Shown: positions 48,531 to 59,916 of the stretch, piece after piece
How positions within the stretch are numbered: position 1 is the first letter of the stretch
Layout of the letters: each line of letters opens with the position of its first letter
The notes under the pieces: generated by a model
Told to the model about the DNA's origin: nothing
Database searches by the model: none
The model's input: only the letters and a program-made list of their open reading frames with translations
Made by a program: the position numbers and the translations under genes
Origin: Felis catus
Taxonomy: Eukaryota
Reading direction: 5' to 3'
Length of the DNA: 60,000 nt
NCBI RefSeq assembly: GCF_018350175.1
Contig: NC_058368.1
Coordinates: 176,702,001-176,762,000, forward strand

Positions 48531-49292
48531 AAAAGCAGAGCCTGGAAGGCTGAAGACTGTCTCAACATCTCCCCAGTCTCCCACATCCTTGTGAAGCCAT
48601 CTCCACGGTTTGGTGATCATCTTCCCAGACCTCTCCCCATGAATGCACGTAGCATACACACGCTTGGAAAAGGTTTCTTTACATAGATGGTATCATATTT
48701 TCAACACGATTCTGTAGACCAGCTTTCTTGACTGAACAATGCATGAGGATTCACTTGTGTCTCTCCGTAACGTCCCCCCCTTCCCTTACCTGAAGAAATA
48801 CTTCACCTCCTGAAGACCCGGCCCAAATGTAACCTCCTCTTAAAGCCTGCAGGCATTGTGGGAGTGACGTCATCCTTACTCCTACGATCCTGCTGCCAGT
48901 GAGCGTACAGCCTTTATCCCGATATATTAATCATAACAGGAATACTATGTAAGGTTATGGATAGTGTCTGTGGCACACATCAGGCCCTTAGCATGACCTT
49001 AGGACAGGCACGTGTGGGGTGAATATGGGTGCTCTTGAGAAGAACAGGGCCCATGTCTTCATTTAACATTCTTTCAACAAACACTAATTGCAGACCTACT
49101 ACCTTCCGGGCCTGGCAAGACACTGGGCATAGAGTGGAGGAAAAGGCAGATGTGGCCCGCTGGTCAATGCAGTATGGGGTAGTAGACAGCATGAATTCTA
49201 CAGCCAGCTACCTGGGTTCAGATCCTGGCTCTGCTTCTTAGGAGCCATGTGACCTTGCTGATCCTGCCTTTATTTACGATTCTGCTACTTCT

Positions 49293-49512
49293 GGAGCGCC
49301 GGGGTGGCTCTGTGGGTTAAGCGTCCAACTTCAGCTCAGGTCATAATCTTGCGGTTCATGGGTTCGAGCCCCACGTTGGGTGCTGTGCTGACAGCTCAGC
49401 GCCGGGAGCCTGCTTCAGATCCTGTGTTCTCGCTCTCTCTCTGCCCCTCCCTGCTCGCGCTGTTTCTCTCTTTCTCTCTCAGAAATAAATAAACATTAAA
49501 AAAAGGTTTTAA
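49293..49512 (+). mobile_element. CanSINE
   Basis: TSD gattctgctacttc. Confidence 0.95.
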
Positions 49513-49632
49513 AGATTCTGCTACTTCATCATATTTTTTGCATTAACTTTGTTATTAATAAATCTTTCATTAACATATTTTTTCTCTTTGTACCTGAGGG
49601 TTTTTGGCACCCCCTTTACATTTTGCATCTGA

Positions 49633-49865
49633 GGGGCACCTGCATGGCTCAGTCGGTTAGGTGTCTGACTTCGCCTCAGGTCATGATCTCACAGTTCATG
49701 AGTTCGAGCCCCGCGTCGGGCTCTGTGCTGACAGCTCGGAGCCTGGAGCCTGCTTTGGATTCTGTGTCTCCCTCTCTCTCTGTCCTCCCCCCCACACTCT
49801 CTCTCACTCTCTCTCTCTCTCTTAAAAATAAATAAACATTAAAAATTTTTTTAATTAATTTAAAA
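49633..49865 (+). mobile_element. CanSINE
   Basis: TSD attttgcatctga. Confidence 0.95.
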
Positions 49866-50134
49866 ATTTTGCATCTGAAGTGAGTGCTTCACTTAGCTCA
49901 CCAATGTCCTGGCCCCATCTCGTGCATCTATTTCATCCTTTGTGCCTCAGTTTTCTCATCTGTAAAATGGGGAAAACAGTAACACCTCCCTCTCAGTGTT
50001 GCCGCAAGAATTAAATAAACTAATACACACACAGAGGTTAGCCCAGAGCTCAGAAGGTGAGTATTAGCTGTCATTATGACCATAGTGCCTAGGAAGTTTG
50101 GAGCACACGGTTAATGGTGGCTATTAAGTAAATA

Positions 50135-51000
50135 CTACAATAGTGTATGGTTGATATTTAATTTGGCACCTCTTACAGTCTTCACATTAAGCAGGATTTT
50201 TCCACAATCATCTGGAATATGTAAGGTGCCCGATGGTGCTCTTTGCCCTGCAATGATTTGTTTTAAATGTAATCTCACAGTTCTTTTATGAAAGATAAAA
50301 AGTTCCTCACTCAGACTCAGAATTCTGCATTCTTGCAAAACTCCATTCATCTCTGTCCGTGATCACCTCTTACCTTTTCCCCCAGCACACTCTCCAAAGC
50401 TTCAGGACCCCTCCCTGGACAGGGTTCCTATTGGATCCCAATCGCCTGCCATCATTGCCTTGATTATCTTGCTTCCTTTGCACATTCCGTCTACTAACTC
50501 ACAAAGGACAGTTACAAAAACTGTCTTCCGTTGAACGTCTCCTGTCAAAGCAGAAACCTCAGGATTGCCAGGCAGATCCGCCTCCCTCCTGCCTCACAAT
50601 CTTCCAACCTAGAGCCATCCACCTTTGAGCTCTTCCTTCTACTTGGTCCAGCCCCTCCCTGTGCTAGCTAGCTTTTAAATGCACCTCAATTACTAATCTT
50701 TCTCTCATTGAATTGTTCCTGTTTCCTTTCTTACTCCATAACATATTAATTATTTTTCTCCCATTTTCTTTATTATTGTATTTGCTTGCCATTCAGAATC
50801 TTGATATTCTACTCTCTAGCTTCCTTGCCTATATAGTTAAAAGCAACAAATATTGATCTCCATTCCACGTGGCACTTCTCAGTTGTCCCCGGTGCCATTT
50901 AATGCATCCATTTGTAAAGCTTCTATCTTCCTGAATCCATTTCCCTTGTGATTAACTCCACAACAGAAGCCGTTGCCACAGTCAAAGCCATGTGGGCCCT
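50135..51000 (-). mobile_element. Ancient RTE-type LINE relic (L4/RTE-X-like), AP-endonuclease region
   Basis: Manual minus-strand translation gives, in the correct order: NIKILNGK; EVSALTGD; FVTVLCELVD; AMMAGDWD; SFGE; DHGQR*MEFCKN; FHKR; ILLNVKTVRGAKLNINHTLL. Confidence 0.75.
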
Positions 51001-51499
51001 GACTGCACTCCCGGGAGGCTCATCTATCCTGGCCTTGGTCCCCAGGTCCTCCCACACCTCTTGGTGCCCACAGGAACCTCCAGCGCCTGTCCCTAATTCT
51101 GCTGAGAAAAGAAGATGGCCCTAGGGACCACCAGACACTGGGAAAACGAGGTACCCGCAGCAGCATCTCTGATAGCTTCTCCATCACAACAAGGGCACAT
51201 TTCATTGATTTTTCTCTTGGGTCCAACATCTATGCAGAACAGCTTTTACTTTTTGTTTTTTCTATTTCTAAGTAGTTCGAGCTTTTTCTTTTAGTTTAAA
51301 TTAGTGTTATTTATGTCTTTGTTTAGTTGCCTTGTGGGCAAAGGATACGGACGATATGCTTTCTGCCTTTGGTGTTTAACTGTTCTTAGTGGCTTCAGGT
51401 AGGATCCATTTTTGTAGCTTGTGTACGGGCACATAAAGAAGGTGCATTTTTTATTTGCAAAGTACAAAGTTCCATGTATGTCCAGGGCACCAAGTAAGA

Positions 51500-51720
51500 G
51501 CCAGCCTCCACTGAGGGCTTGCTGGGTGCCAGGCTCTGCGCCGTGCCCTTTGCACACATTCTCTCATGTGATCCCCCACAACCCTGCAAGAAATGTCTCT
51601 GTGATCCTCGTCTTACAGACAAGAAAACCACGGCTTAGAGGGGTTCGGTAACTTGTGTAAGGCCACACAATGAGAGGCACGGAGCTGGGATTCAAATTTA
51701 AGGTGATTGCTAAGCTCAGG
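51500..51720 (-). mobile_element. MIR
   Basis: atccccacaaccctgcaag...gtaacttgtgtaaggccacac...gagctgggattcaaa. Confidence 0.8.
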
Positions 51721-51729
51721 CTAGTATAT

Positions 51730-51890
51730 GATTGAAGTCTTCCATATCAGGGACTCATGGAGCTCCTGGGGGACATAATGAGCAGCCCCCATCCCAGTTA
51801 CGAAAGTACCAGCATGCCTGCAGATGTGCATTTTTCTGAAGCAAGGGTTCATTGAGCACATTAAATGCTCCAAAAAGGTCAAAAAGCACT
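51730..51890. mobile_element. hAT-Charlie MER103C-like element
   Basis: gtgcatttttctg..gggttcat...ccaaaaaggtcaaaaagcactg. Confidence 0.55.
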
Positions 51891-52113
51891 GTTCTGTGTC
51901 CATGTATATTTTTTTTTGTCTATTTCACCTGTCAAAGATGGAGATGGGTGTTTTAACATGCCCCTTCTGTCTTGGGTTTCTTTCTGTTTCTTTCTGTTCT
52001 GCTTTATCTATTTTGCTGCAATGTTTTCCAGTACATCAATGCCTAGGACTCATATCATCAGTGCAAACTGTACCGCTTTCTCGAGAGAGGGAAACAAACC
52101 ACAAGATACTCTT

Positions 52114-52345
52114 TTTTTTTTTTCAAAATCTTTTTTTTTTTCAACGTTTATTTATTTTTGGGACAGAGAGACACAGAGCATGAACGGGGGAGGGGCAGAG
52201 AGAGAGGGAGACACAGAATCGGAAACAGGCTCCAGGCTCTGAGCCATCAGCCCAGAGCCTGACGCGGGGCTCGAACTCACGGACCGCGAGATCGTGACCT
52301 GGTTTGAAGTCGGACGCTTAACCAACTGCGCCACCCAGGCGCCCC
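52114..52345 (-). mobile_element. Young SINEC_Fc
   Basis: TSD aagatactctt. Confidence 0.97.
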
Positions 52346-52446
52346 AAGATACTCTTAATGATAGAGAACAAACTGAAAGTTAATAGAAGGAGGTGGATGG
52401 GAGATGGGCTAGATAGGTGATGGGCTCTAAGGAGGGCACTTGTTGT

Positions 52447-52669
52447 GGGGCACCTGGGTGGCTCAGTTGGTTAACCAACTGACTTTGGCTCAGGCCATGA
52501 TCTCACGGTTCGTGGGTTCAAGCCCTGCATCAGGCTCTATGCTGACAGCTCAGAGCCTGGAGCTTGCTTTGGATTCTGTGTCTCCCCCTCTCTCTGCCCC
52601 TCCCCCACTTGTGCTCTGTCTCTCTCCCAAAAGTAAATAAAATGTAAAAAAAAATTTTTTTTTTCTAAA
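52447..52669 (+). mobile_element. CanSINE
   Basis: TSD aaggagggcact. Confidence 0.95.
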
Positions 52670-53199
52670 AAGGAGGGCACTCCTTGTGATGAGCCCTGGG
52701 TGTTGTATGTAAGTGATGAGTCACTGAATTCTACTCCTGAAACCAATATTGCACTGCATGTTAACTAACTAAAATTTAAATGAAATTTAAAAAAAGAAAT
52801 TGTATCTCTTTCTCAACATAAAATGACTCTCTACAACTAAATAACTACTTTTTTGGAATCCAGGTTTACTAATCCTTGGTGACTATATACCTTAGACCCC
52901 ACAGTTCCCTACTCTGAACTTTGGTCCTATAAAGTAAGACCTCCATTCCTGCCATCAGGACCCTGGTTAGACTCCACAGCAACCTCAAGCCCACAAGGCC
53001 AGAAACATGTGTCTACAAATGAATTCCTACCCCTCTCTATAGACATGCCTCCTCTCCCAATTCAAGCAGGTGGCAGGCTCCGGGCCTCCTTGCCTCTTGG
53101 GAGATTTGAAGCAAGACCTTTCCCTTCCCAAACCCAAGGAATAACAAGGTTCCCCTAATGAGAACAAGCTTGAAGAAGGGGATGAAAAATAAAAAAGCA

Positions 53200-53680
53200 A
53201 TATGATGGTCTCTTGCTCCCGGCCAGACTGTGCTGGTCCATCCTGAACATACACAATCTCCTAGAGCACCAGTGTCAGATGAGGACGTTCTGTGATTGTG
53301 ATGGAACAGAACAAAAAAAGACCAGTCCTTAGTACACCCAAGCAGAGATAAAAACAGAGACCCTCAAGCAATCCCTTAAATTAGCAAACATCCCCTTCCC
53401 CCTCACCTGAGTGATTACTGCCCAGTTCCTCCCACCTCCCAGGCACAAAGTGTCACCCGATCACTGAATTACCCCACTTCCTGACAGCACCCAATCCAAA
53501 ACAAACCCCCATGTCCCCTAACACAGACCCCAACGCTCTAATAAGCCCCCGTAACCTCTCTTACCCAGATGCCTCAGCTCTCCATTGTGTGCGTCCTGCT
53601 CAACGCAGCAGATGATACACCCAACTCTGTTTGCACACAGGTGTGTGTGCCTGAGCTCTTGGGCTGGTGGCCATCACCTA
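53200..53680 (+). mobile_element. Old ERV LTR, family uncertain
   Basis: ccagactgtgctgg...gaattaccccacttcctgacagcacccaatcca...acccaact..acaggtgtgt resembles recalled eutherian LTR consensus sequences. Confidence 0.65.
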
Positions 53681-54672
53681 AGATTTCCCCCAAGACAAAA
53701 AGAGCCCCCCCTCCCCAGGCTGGGGAGGAGCAAGAGGGTCTGTAGAAGGGATCTGTGTCCCCTCTTGAGCTGCACCTTGAAGAGCGATGGGAGTTCTGCA
53801 GAGATCCTGGGGATTACCAGAGAGGCTGGATCCTGGCCTAGAGCGCCCCCTAAGTCTCCCCAGAGATCCTGCACCCCTAGCAGGGTGTGGATGTTCTTCT
53901 GGGCAGGGGACATGAAAGGACCACGTGGGCTAGAGCCCTGTGCAGCACCACAAGAATGGCTGGCCACGACACCCAGAAAGAAGTTGCCCTGTTAGAGCCT
54001 AGGGGAAGGGTTGCCTTGAGAGTGGCTGAGATGAATTTATCCAATAACCAGCAGGTTAGAGAGAGTCAACAGTTAGCTGATTTGAGAAAATTAAGAAATT
54101 AGGTCTTTCTTGGATATGTACATCTGTGGCTTGAGTTCCATACCTCCTACACCGGATTAAGTCAGGGGGATGAAAGGGACACTGATGTGTCTTGATGAAC
54201 TACAAGGCAGAGATGAAGCTGGGCCTCCAGACGACTCTGCACCCAGGCTTGAAAGGAAGCGAGGACTCCGTGTTCACCTCCCATCCTGGTTTCTCTGCAC
54301 AAACCTGTGTGATCCTTTTCTGCCATTTCACATGACCCACCATCCAGTACACCGGCTCGGTGCAGCCTGGGGTCCTGGGAAAGCAGAGCTTGAAGTCAAG
54401 GGAAGCCTTTTGCTGAAGACTGGGATTCAGGGAGCAGGAGGGAAGGGCAGGAGGGGGAGCCATTCAAAATGCCCCCAAGCGGCCAGGGCTTCAGGGGACT
54501 GGCTGCTCGATCCCACAGGCTCAACAGAGAAGTCATCCTTCGGAGGGAAGAGAGGGGAAGCATCTTACCATTCCTTGAATGTACCAGCTCTGAACCTCTG
54601 GCCTGCCACCCAGTAATGTGATTAGGTGAGTCCTACTTATCCATCAGTTCTCCACTTAAACATGACTTCCTT

Positions 54673-54894
54673 GGGGCGCCTGGGTGGCTCAGTCAATTGA
54701 GCGTCTGCCTTCGGCTCAGGTCATGATCTCGCGGTTCGTGAGTTCGAGCCCCGCGTCGGGTTCTGTGCTGACGGCTCAGAGCCTGGACCCTGCTTCGGAT
54801 TCTGTGTCTCCCTCTCTCTCTGCCCCTCCCCTGCTCATGCTCTCTTTGTCTCTCAAAATGAATAAACGTCAAAAAAAAAATTAAAAACAAAACA
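54673..54894 (+). mobile_element. CanSINE
   Basis: TSD aaacatgactt. Confidence 0.95.
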
Positions 54895-54994
54895 AAACAT
54901 GACTTTCTTAGGGCAGCCAGCAGACAACTGGTCCCTTTGTACACCAGTCACTGCTGTGGCCACAAGTTCACGTGCAGCCATGGACGTAAATCAC

Positions 54995-55260
54995 GTGATA
55001 CCTGCAGACAGACTGCTTCAGTTCAAATTCTGGCTCTGCCACTCATCAGCTGCGAGACCTTGAACAAGTCATTCTTTTTCAATTTCTTTGTCTGCAAAAT
55101 GGGAACAAAAATCGTATCTACCCCATAATCCTGCTGTGAGGATTGACTTGTTATATACACAGGGCTTAGAAGTGCCTGGCCCAAGGTAAGTACAATGTTT
55201 ATGTAAATAAGCAAATAAATAAAAATACATATGTGATATTAATGGCAGGTTAATAGTAAT
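54995..55260 (+). mobile_element. MIR
   Basis: gttcaaattctggctctgccact..agctgcgagaccttgaacaagtca. Confidence 0.82.
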
Positions 55261-55317
55261 AGAAGGTTTTGTTTTTTTTTTTAAGCTGGAAGTATTTTTA
55301 AATCTCCCCAAAAGATG

Positions 55318-55458
55318 TCATACCTGGGTGGCTCGGTTGGTTAAGCGTCCAACTCTTGATTTTGGCTCTGGTCATGATCTCATGGTTAGTGAATTCGAGC
55401 CCCATATCCTGGGATTCTCTCTCTCCCTTTCTCTCTGCCCCTCTCCTACTCACACTCA

Positions 55459-55510
<52 letters not shown>

Positions 55511-55534
55511 AAATAAACTTTAAAAGAATTAAAT
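55318..55534 (+). mobile_element. CanSINE with internal deletion and long (CT)n
   Basis: gagccccatatc joined directly to ctgggattctctc; TSD aaatctcccc. Confidence 0.9.
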
Positions 55535-55559
55535 AAATCTCCCCCAAAGCATCAGAAAT

Positions 55560-56110
55560 GTAATAATATATGTGTCCCTGGCCAGAAACCCAAATTGGTG
55601 ACCAAAGAACTCAAGGCCAGTTTTATTCTAGAGAGAGGTATTTGCCAATGCAATCAATTGAGAGGCTAAATTGCCCTTTTGTCAGGTTCCAAGTGCTAGG
55701 TGGGCACAACATAGAATCAAGGCAGGGATCTTAGTACAACACATTTAGTCTGAGACTGATAGACTATCTTCAAGAAATAATTATAGATCAGAAGGAAGCC
55801 AGCCATGGGATAGACTATAGCCTAACTTTGTAGCATTAAGCCCAGAGCTTATGCTAAGGGACCCCAAAATCCTTTATGAAGGAAGATAATATTATGTTGG
55901 GCCTCAAACTATTTCTACAAATACTCTCTCAAATAAAATGTCTAGGGAAAAAAATGGAAGATATGAAGAGACCAGACAAAAATAAACTAGAAACAGCAGA
56001 AACAACCAGCCACGGAAATAGACCCATAGAATCCCGGGTGTTGAATCCTTAGACAGACTGTGAAATGCTATATTTTATCAACTCCAAAATGCCATTAATC
56101 ATTAGAGATA
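55560..56110 (+). mobile_element. Old L1M 5' region remnant
   Basis: A-rich L1 5'/ORF1-like sequence gaaatagacccatag...cagactgtgaaat. Confidence 0.45.
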
Positions 56111-56125
56111 GCATTATTTGAGATC

Positions 56126-56329
56126 TTTTTTTTTTTTTTTTTTTGGGACAGAGAGAGACCGAGCATGAACGGGGGAGGGGCAGAGAGAGAGGGAGACACA
56201 GAATCGGAAACAGGCTCCAGGCTCCGAGCCATCAGCCCAGAGCCCAACACGGGGCTCGAACTCCCGGACCACGAGATCGTGACCTGGCTGAAGTCGGACG
56301 CTTAACCGACTGCGCCACCCAGGCGCCCC
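56126..56329 (-). mobile_element. Young SINEC_Fc
   Basis: TSD agcattatttga; homopolymeric tail. Confidence 0.96.
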
Positions 56330-56509
56330 AGCATTATTTGATGTCTTACCAAAAGAAGAAGGTTAGGCTGCCAATAGGTCACATGAGCCTCTCGTGACTT
56401 TGAAATGGATTTCAACCATGTGAAGAGATCAGGCAATTTATTTTGCCTTCAGTAGCATCGCTTGGTGAATCATGGGCAATCTTTTGCATAGTTTCAGTAT
56501 CAAAATGCA

Positions 56510-57262
56510 GTACAGGGCTTCCGGCCAAGATGAACTAACAGAGACCAGATTTACCCTTCCATCAGCAATAACTAAAAAGTAGGATAAGGTGTATGAAACC
56601 ATGGCAGTCGCAATATTGCAAACCAACAACAAAGGATGGTGACCCCAGGGAGCCATGGAACAATTGAAGGGAGCCCTAGGGTGCCCCAAACACAGCTCAA
56701 GGAAGAGAAACCTTGGCAGCCTCCCTGAGTCCAACAGAGAAAAAGTTGGGAGCGTAGGGAAGCCAAGGCAGCTAGAGTTTGCAGAACAAAGCATTGGAGA
56801 GGAGAAGGATTCTCAGAGAGAATTCCAGACATCTACAGAGGGTCCCCGATGAGTATTCAGTTGAAAGTTTATCTGCACATGCATGTGAGGAAACTACCAA
56901 GGCCAGGCAAAGAACTACCCTTAAAGATTAGAGGAAAATGTGCACAGAGCCCACGCAGAGGCAGGAATCATGCCTTTCTCAAACAGCAAGAGCAGAAAAC
57001 CTCACAGTGATGTTTCCACTCGTTTCTAAAGGGCCTCAGGGCATCATTAAGGTATCTAAGAAGGATCTTGCCTCAGTAGTGGGGAAAAATTAGCCCTAGA
57101 TTAAATGCAGTTCTGGTACTTCATAAAAAAACGTAAAGATAAGATCTGAAAGGACCAAACTATTTCCACATAGCATAACTGCATTCCAGAACAAAGCTCA
57201 AAAATGTCTATAGGAATATAAGAATATCCAGCACCCAACAGGATAAAATTCACCGTATCTAG
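56510..57262 (+). mobile_element. Old L1M (L1ME/L1M4-type) 5' UTR
   Basis: gggcttccggccaagatg..taacagagaccagatttaccc...ccagaacaaagctc...aaaattcac. Confidence 0.75.
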
Positions 57263-57379
57263 AACCTACCGCCCTCAGCATTTCTGCTGTCAATACTCTG
57301 GTCTGGGCCACCATCATCTCTCCCCTGGATGATTCAAGTAACCTCCCAGCGGTCTTCCCCTTCTCCCCTTGCATCTAGC

Positions 57380-58030
57380 AGTCAGGATAGGCCAGGTTAT
57401 GCTGCAGTGACAGATAACTCCAAAAAGCCCAGCCACTTAACCAGCAATGGTTTCGCTCCACACTCACGTTCAGCACAGTTCTGGAGAGGGGCTCTGCTCA
57501 TTTGTCTTGGTCCATTCGGGCTGCCATAACAAAGTGCAACAGACTGAGGAGCTTATAGACAACAGAAATTTATTTCTCACGGTTCTGGAGGCTGGGAAGT
57601 CTGAGATCTGGCATGGTTGGAGTCTTCTCGTTGTATCTTCACAGGGTAGAAGGGAGCTCTCTTGGGTCTCCTTTACAAGGACGCTAATCCCATTTGTAAA
57701 AGCTCTGTCTCCCAAAGGCCTCCCTTCCTAAGATCATCACTTTGGGGCTAGGTTTCAACGTATGAATGGGGGGGGTGGGGCAGGAGTCACATTCAGACCA
57801 TAGCATCACCATGGTCTTTGCGGGACCCAAGCTGGCAGAGCAGCCACAATCTGGAGCATTGCCAGGCAACGGAGTAGAGGTGAAATTGCCTACTCACCCT
57901 TCTGCCTGGAAGTGAAACGCTGCTTCGGTTCACATTTCAGTGGCCAAGAAAGTCTCATAACCCACTCTGAATAAGGAGTGGCAGACTGCAATCCAAGCAT
58001 GTGTCCAGGAGAGCTGGAATCTATTCTCAT
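57380..58030 (-). mobile_element. Old MaLR LTR (MLT1K/L-like) inside L2
   Basis: agtcaggataggccaggttatgctgcagtgaca...ggacccaagctggcagagcagccac...cacatttcagtggccaa. Confidence 0.72.
57503..57805 (-). mobile_element. MLT1A-like solo LTR nested in an older MLT1
   Basis: tgtcttggtccattcgggctgccataac...acattcagaccatagca; near-TSD tcatt/tcacc. Confidence 0.9.
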
Positions 58031-58039
58031 TCTAGCAGA

Positions 58040-58610
58040 CACAGCGATCTCTGTAAAACATACATCGGATCACGCTGCCCCTCAGGGTCAAAGCCAGCAT
58101 TCCATGGTCCCTACAAGACCCTGTGGAAGTCAGCGCACCATTACCTCACTTCCCTTTCCCTGCTCCGCTCCAACCACACTGACCTCCTTTCCGTTCTCAG
58201 ACATGCCAGTCATGCTCCCACTTTTGCACTGGCTATTCCCCTCTTCTAGATGGTTCTTCCCCTAGGCGCAGACGTGGCTCACCGCCTCACCTTCAAGTCT
58301 GTACTCAAGGTCACCTCCTCAATGAAGCCTACCTGTTCCACCCTATATAAAATTGCTTCCTGCTCTCCTGACCCCCAGCTTCCTAGTCCGCATTACCTTG
58401 CACTATTATTTTGCTCTGAACACTTTTTACCTTCTAATTTCCCTATTTCTTATGTTTATTGCTAGAATAGGAGTACCACCAAAAAAAATCTTTACCTGTT
58501 TAATAAAACTGATATGTCCCAAGAACCTCATGCAGTGCCTGGCACATATTAGGCACCCAATAAGCACTGCGTATGCAAGTGATCAGTATTTGGCTTACAA
58601 GCGATAAATA
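58040..58610 (+). mobile_element. L2 3' end (upstream part ~57270-57380)
   Basis: ctccgctccaaccacactgacctcc...cagtgcctggcacatattaggcacccaataa. Confidence 0.82.
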
Positions 58611-59100
58611 AGTATCAGATTACATAACTGGGATCCATGAGCTACCTTCGTGGGATCATGCTCTGATGCACTTTATACGAGTAGGCAAGGCTGAACCATA
58701 ACCTTTGGTGCAACAAACTTATAGGGTAATCAAGCAGTTAGATTCACCTGTTAATGTGGGGTGTGGGAAGCACTGGGGATGATTAAACAGTAATTGTCGT
58801 ACCTGGGACGGGAATGGGGGGAGGCATTGGCAGGAGTGACAAGCTGGCTGCCACCCTGTGGCTGAGTGAGGAAATGCACCCAGGCTGATTTTGGGAAATT
58901 GACAGGTGATCTCTACCTTGTTAATACCTTTCTTCAAGTTTCTTTAGGCTCTGTGAACAAGGTGGGAGTCACCAGGCTTGTCCCCGTCCAAGGTCTCTGG
59001 AGTATGTGCCTATTGACCTGAAATGTAGCCCAGACCCTTTTCGTTATCTATCTGATCTCTCACACACTCTCACATCCATTTGTTCATCTGTTCATTTCTT

Positions 59101-59335
59101 TTTTTTTAAAGACTGAAATTTTTAAAAAGTATGTATGTATGTATGTATGTATTTTGAGAGAGAGAGAGCATGAGCAGGGGAGAGGCAGAGAGAGAGAGCA
59201 TGAGCAGGGGAGGGGCAGAGACAGAGAGTTAGAGAGAGAATCCCGATGCAGGGCTCAAACTCATGAACGTGAGATCATGACCTGAGCCAAAATCAAAAGT
59301 TGGACATTTACCCGACTGAACCACCCAGGCGCCCC
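59101..59335 (-). mobile_element. Rearranged CanSINE
   Basis: TSD ttcatttctt; (TATG)n tail; internal 30-bp duplication. Confidence 0.92.
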
Positions 59336-59900
59336 TCCATTCATTTCTTCAACAAACATTTGCTGAGCAGTTGCCAGGGGTCCAGACACTGTGGGGGAGA
59401 AGAGGCCCTACCTTTCTCGTGGAGAAGAAAGCCATTCATTTATTCCAAGACTATTTACCCACTACGAGCCTATGAGCGCTGTGCTGACATTACAGATGAT
59501 AACTGATGAGACAGTCTGAATTGAAATGGTGGAGCTGATGTTCTATTGACAGAGAAAAAAAAGAGCATGACAACAATGATAAATGCTGTGAAGGAAATGC
59601 ACATGGGAGAGAGGGGTTACTTTAGGGAAGGTCTCATAAGAGATGATATTTAAACTAAGGCCTGAAAGACAGGAATGGGCCATGTGAGGGAAAAGCATGC
59701 CAGAAGGAGGGAACAGCATGTGCAAAATGGTGAGTATTCTAGGAATGGAGAGAAGGCCAGAGAGTCTGCAGGGGAGTGTGCCAGGGGGAGGGGATGAGAT
59801 GAGGCCAAGAGGTCAGCAGAGGCTTGACCATAGTGAGGCCTTAACCTTTGTAGATATTTTCTAACTTCCTTTTTGTAAAGACCCATCTAGCTGGAGACAT
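59336..59900 (-). mobile_element. L2 fragments
   Basis: ttcaacaaacatttgctgagc...gagggaacagcatgtgcaaa. Confidence 0.8.
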
Positions 59901-59916
59901 AGAACGGCTTTAGGGG

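Larger units (their letters stand above)
49258..49916 (-). mobile_element. hAT DNA transposon (MER96B-like), split by two SINEs
   Basis: gatcctgcctttattt...ttttttgcattaa...tttttggcacccc..aaattttgc...gtgagtgcttcactt.gctcacc..gtcctggcccc matches the recalled consensus in antisense. Confidence 0.65.
49170..50080 (+). mobile_element. MIR split by later insertions (halves ~49170-49258 and ~49925-50080)
   Basis: cctgggttcagatcctggctctgc..gtgacctt | tgtgcctcagttttctcatctgtaaaatgggg. Confidence 0.78.
52083..52797 (+). mobile_element. Felid/carnivore L1 3' end, interrupted by two SINEs
   Basis: aaaccacaagatactcttaatgatagagaacaaactg...aaggagggcacttg..tgatgag...ctgaattctactcctgaaaccaatattgcactg. Confidence 0.9.
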
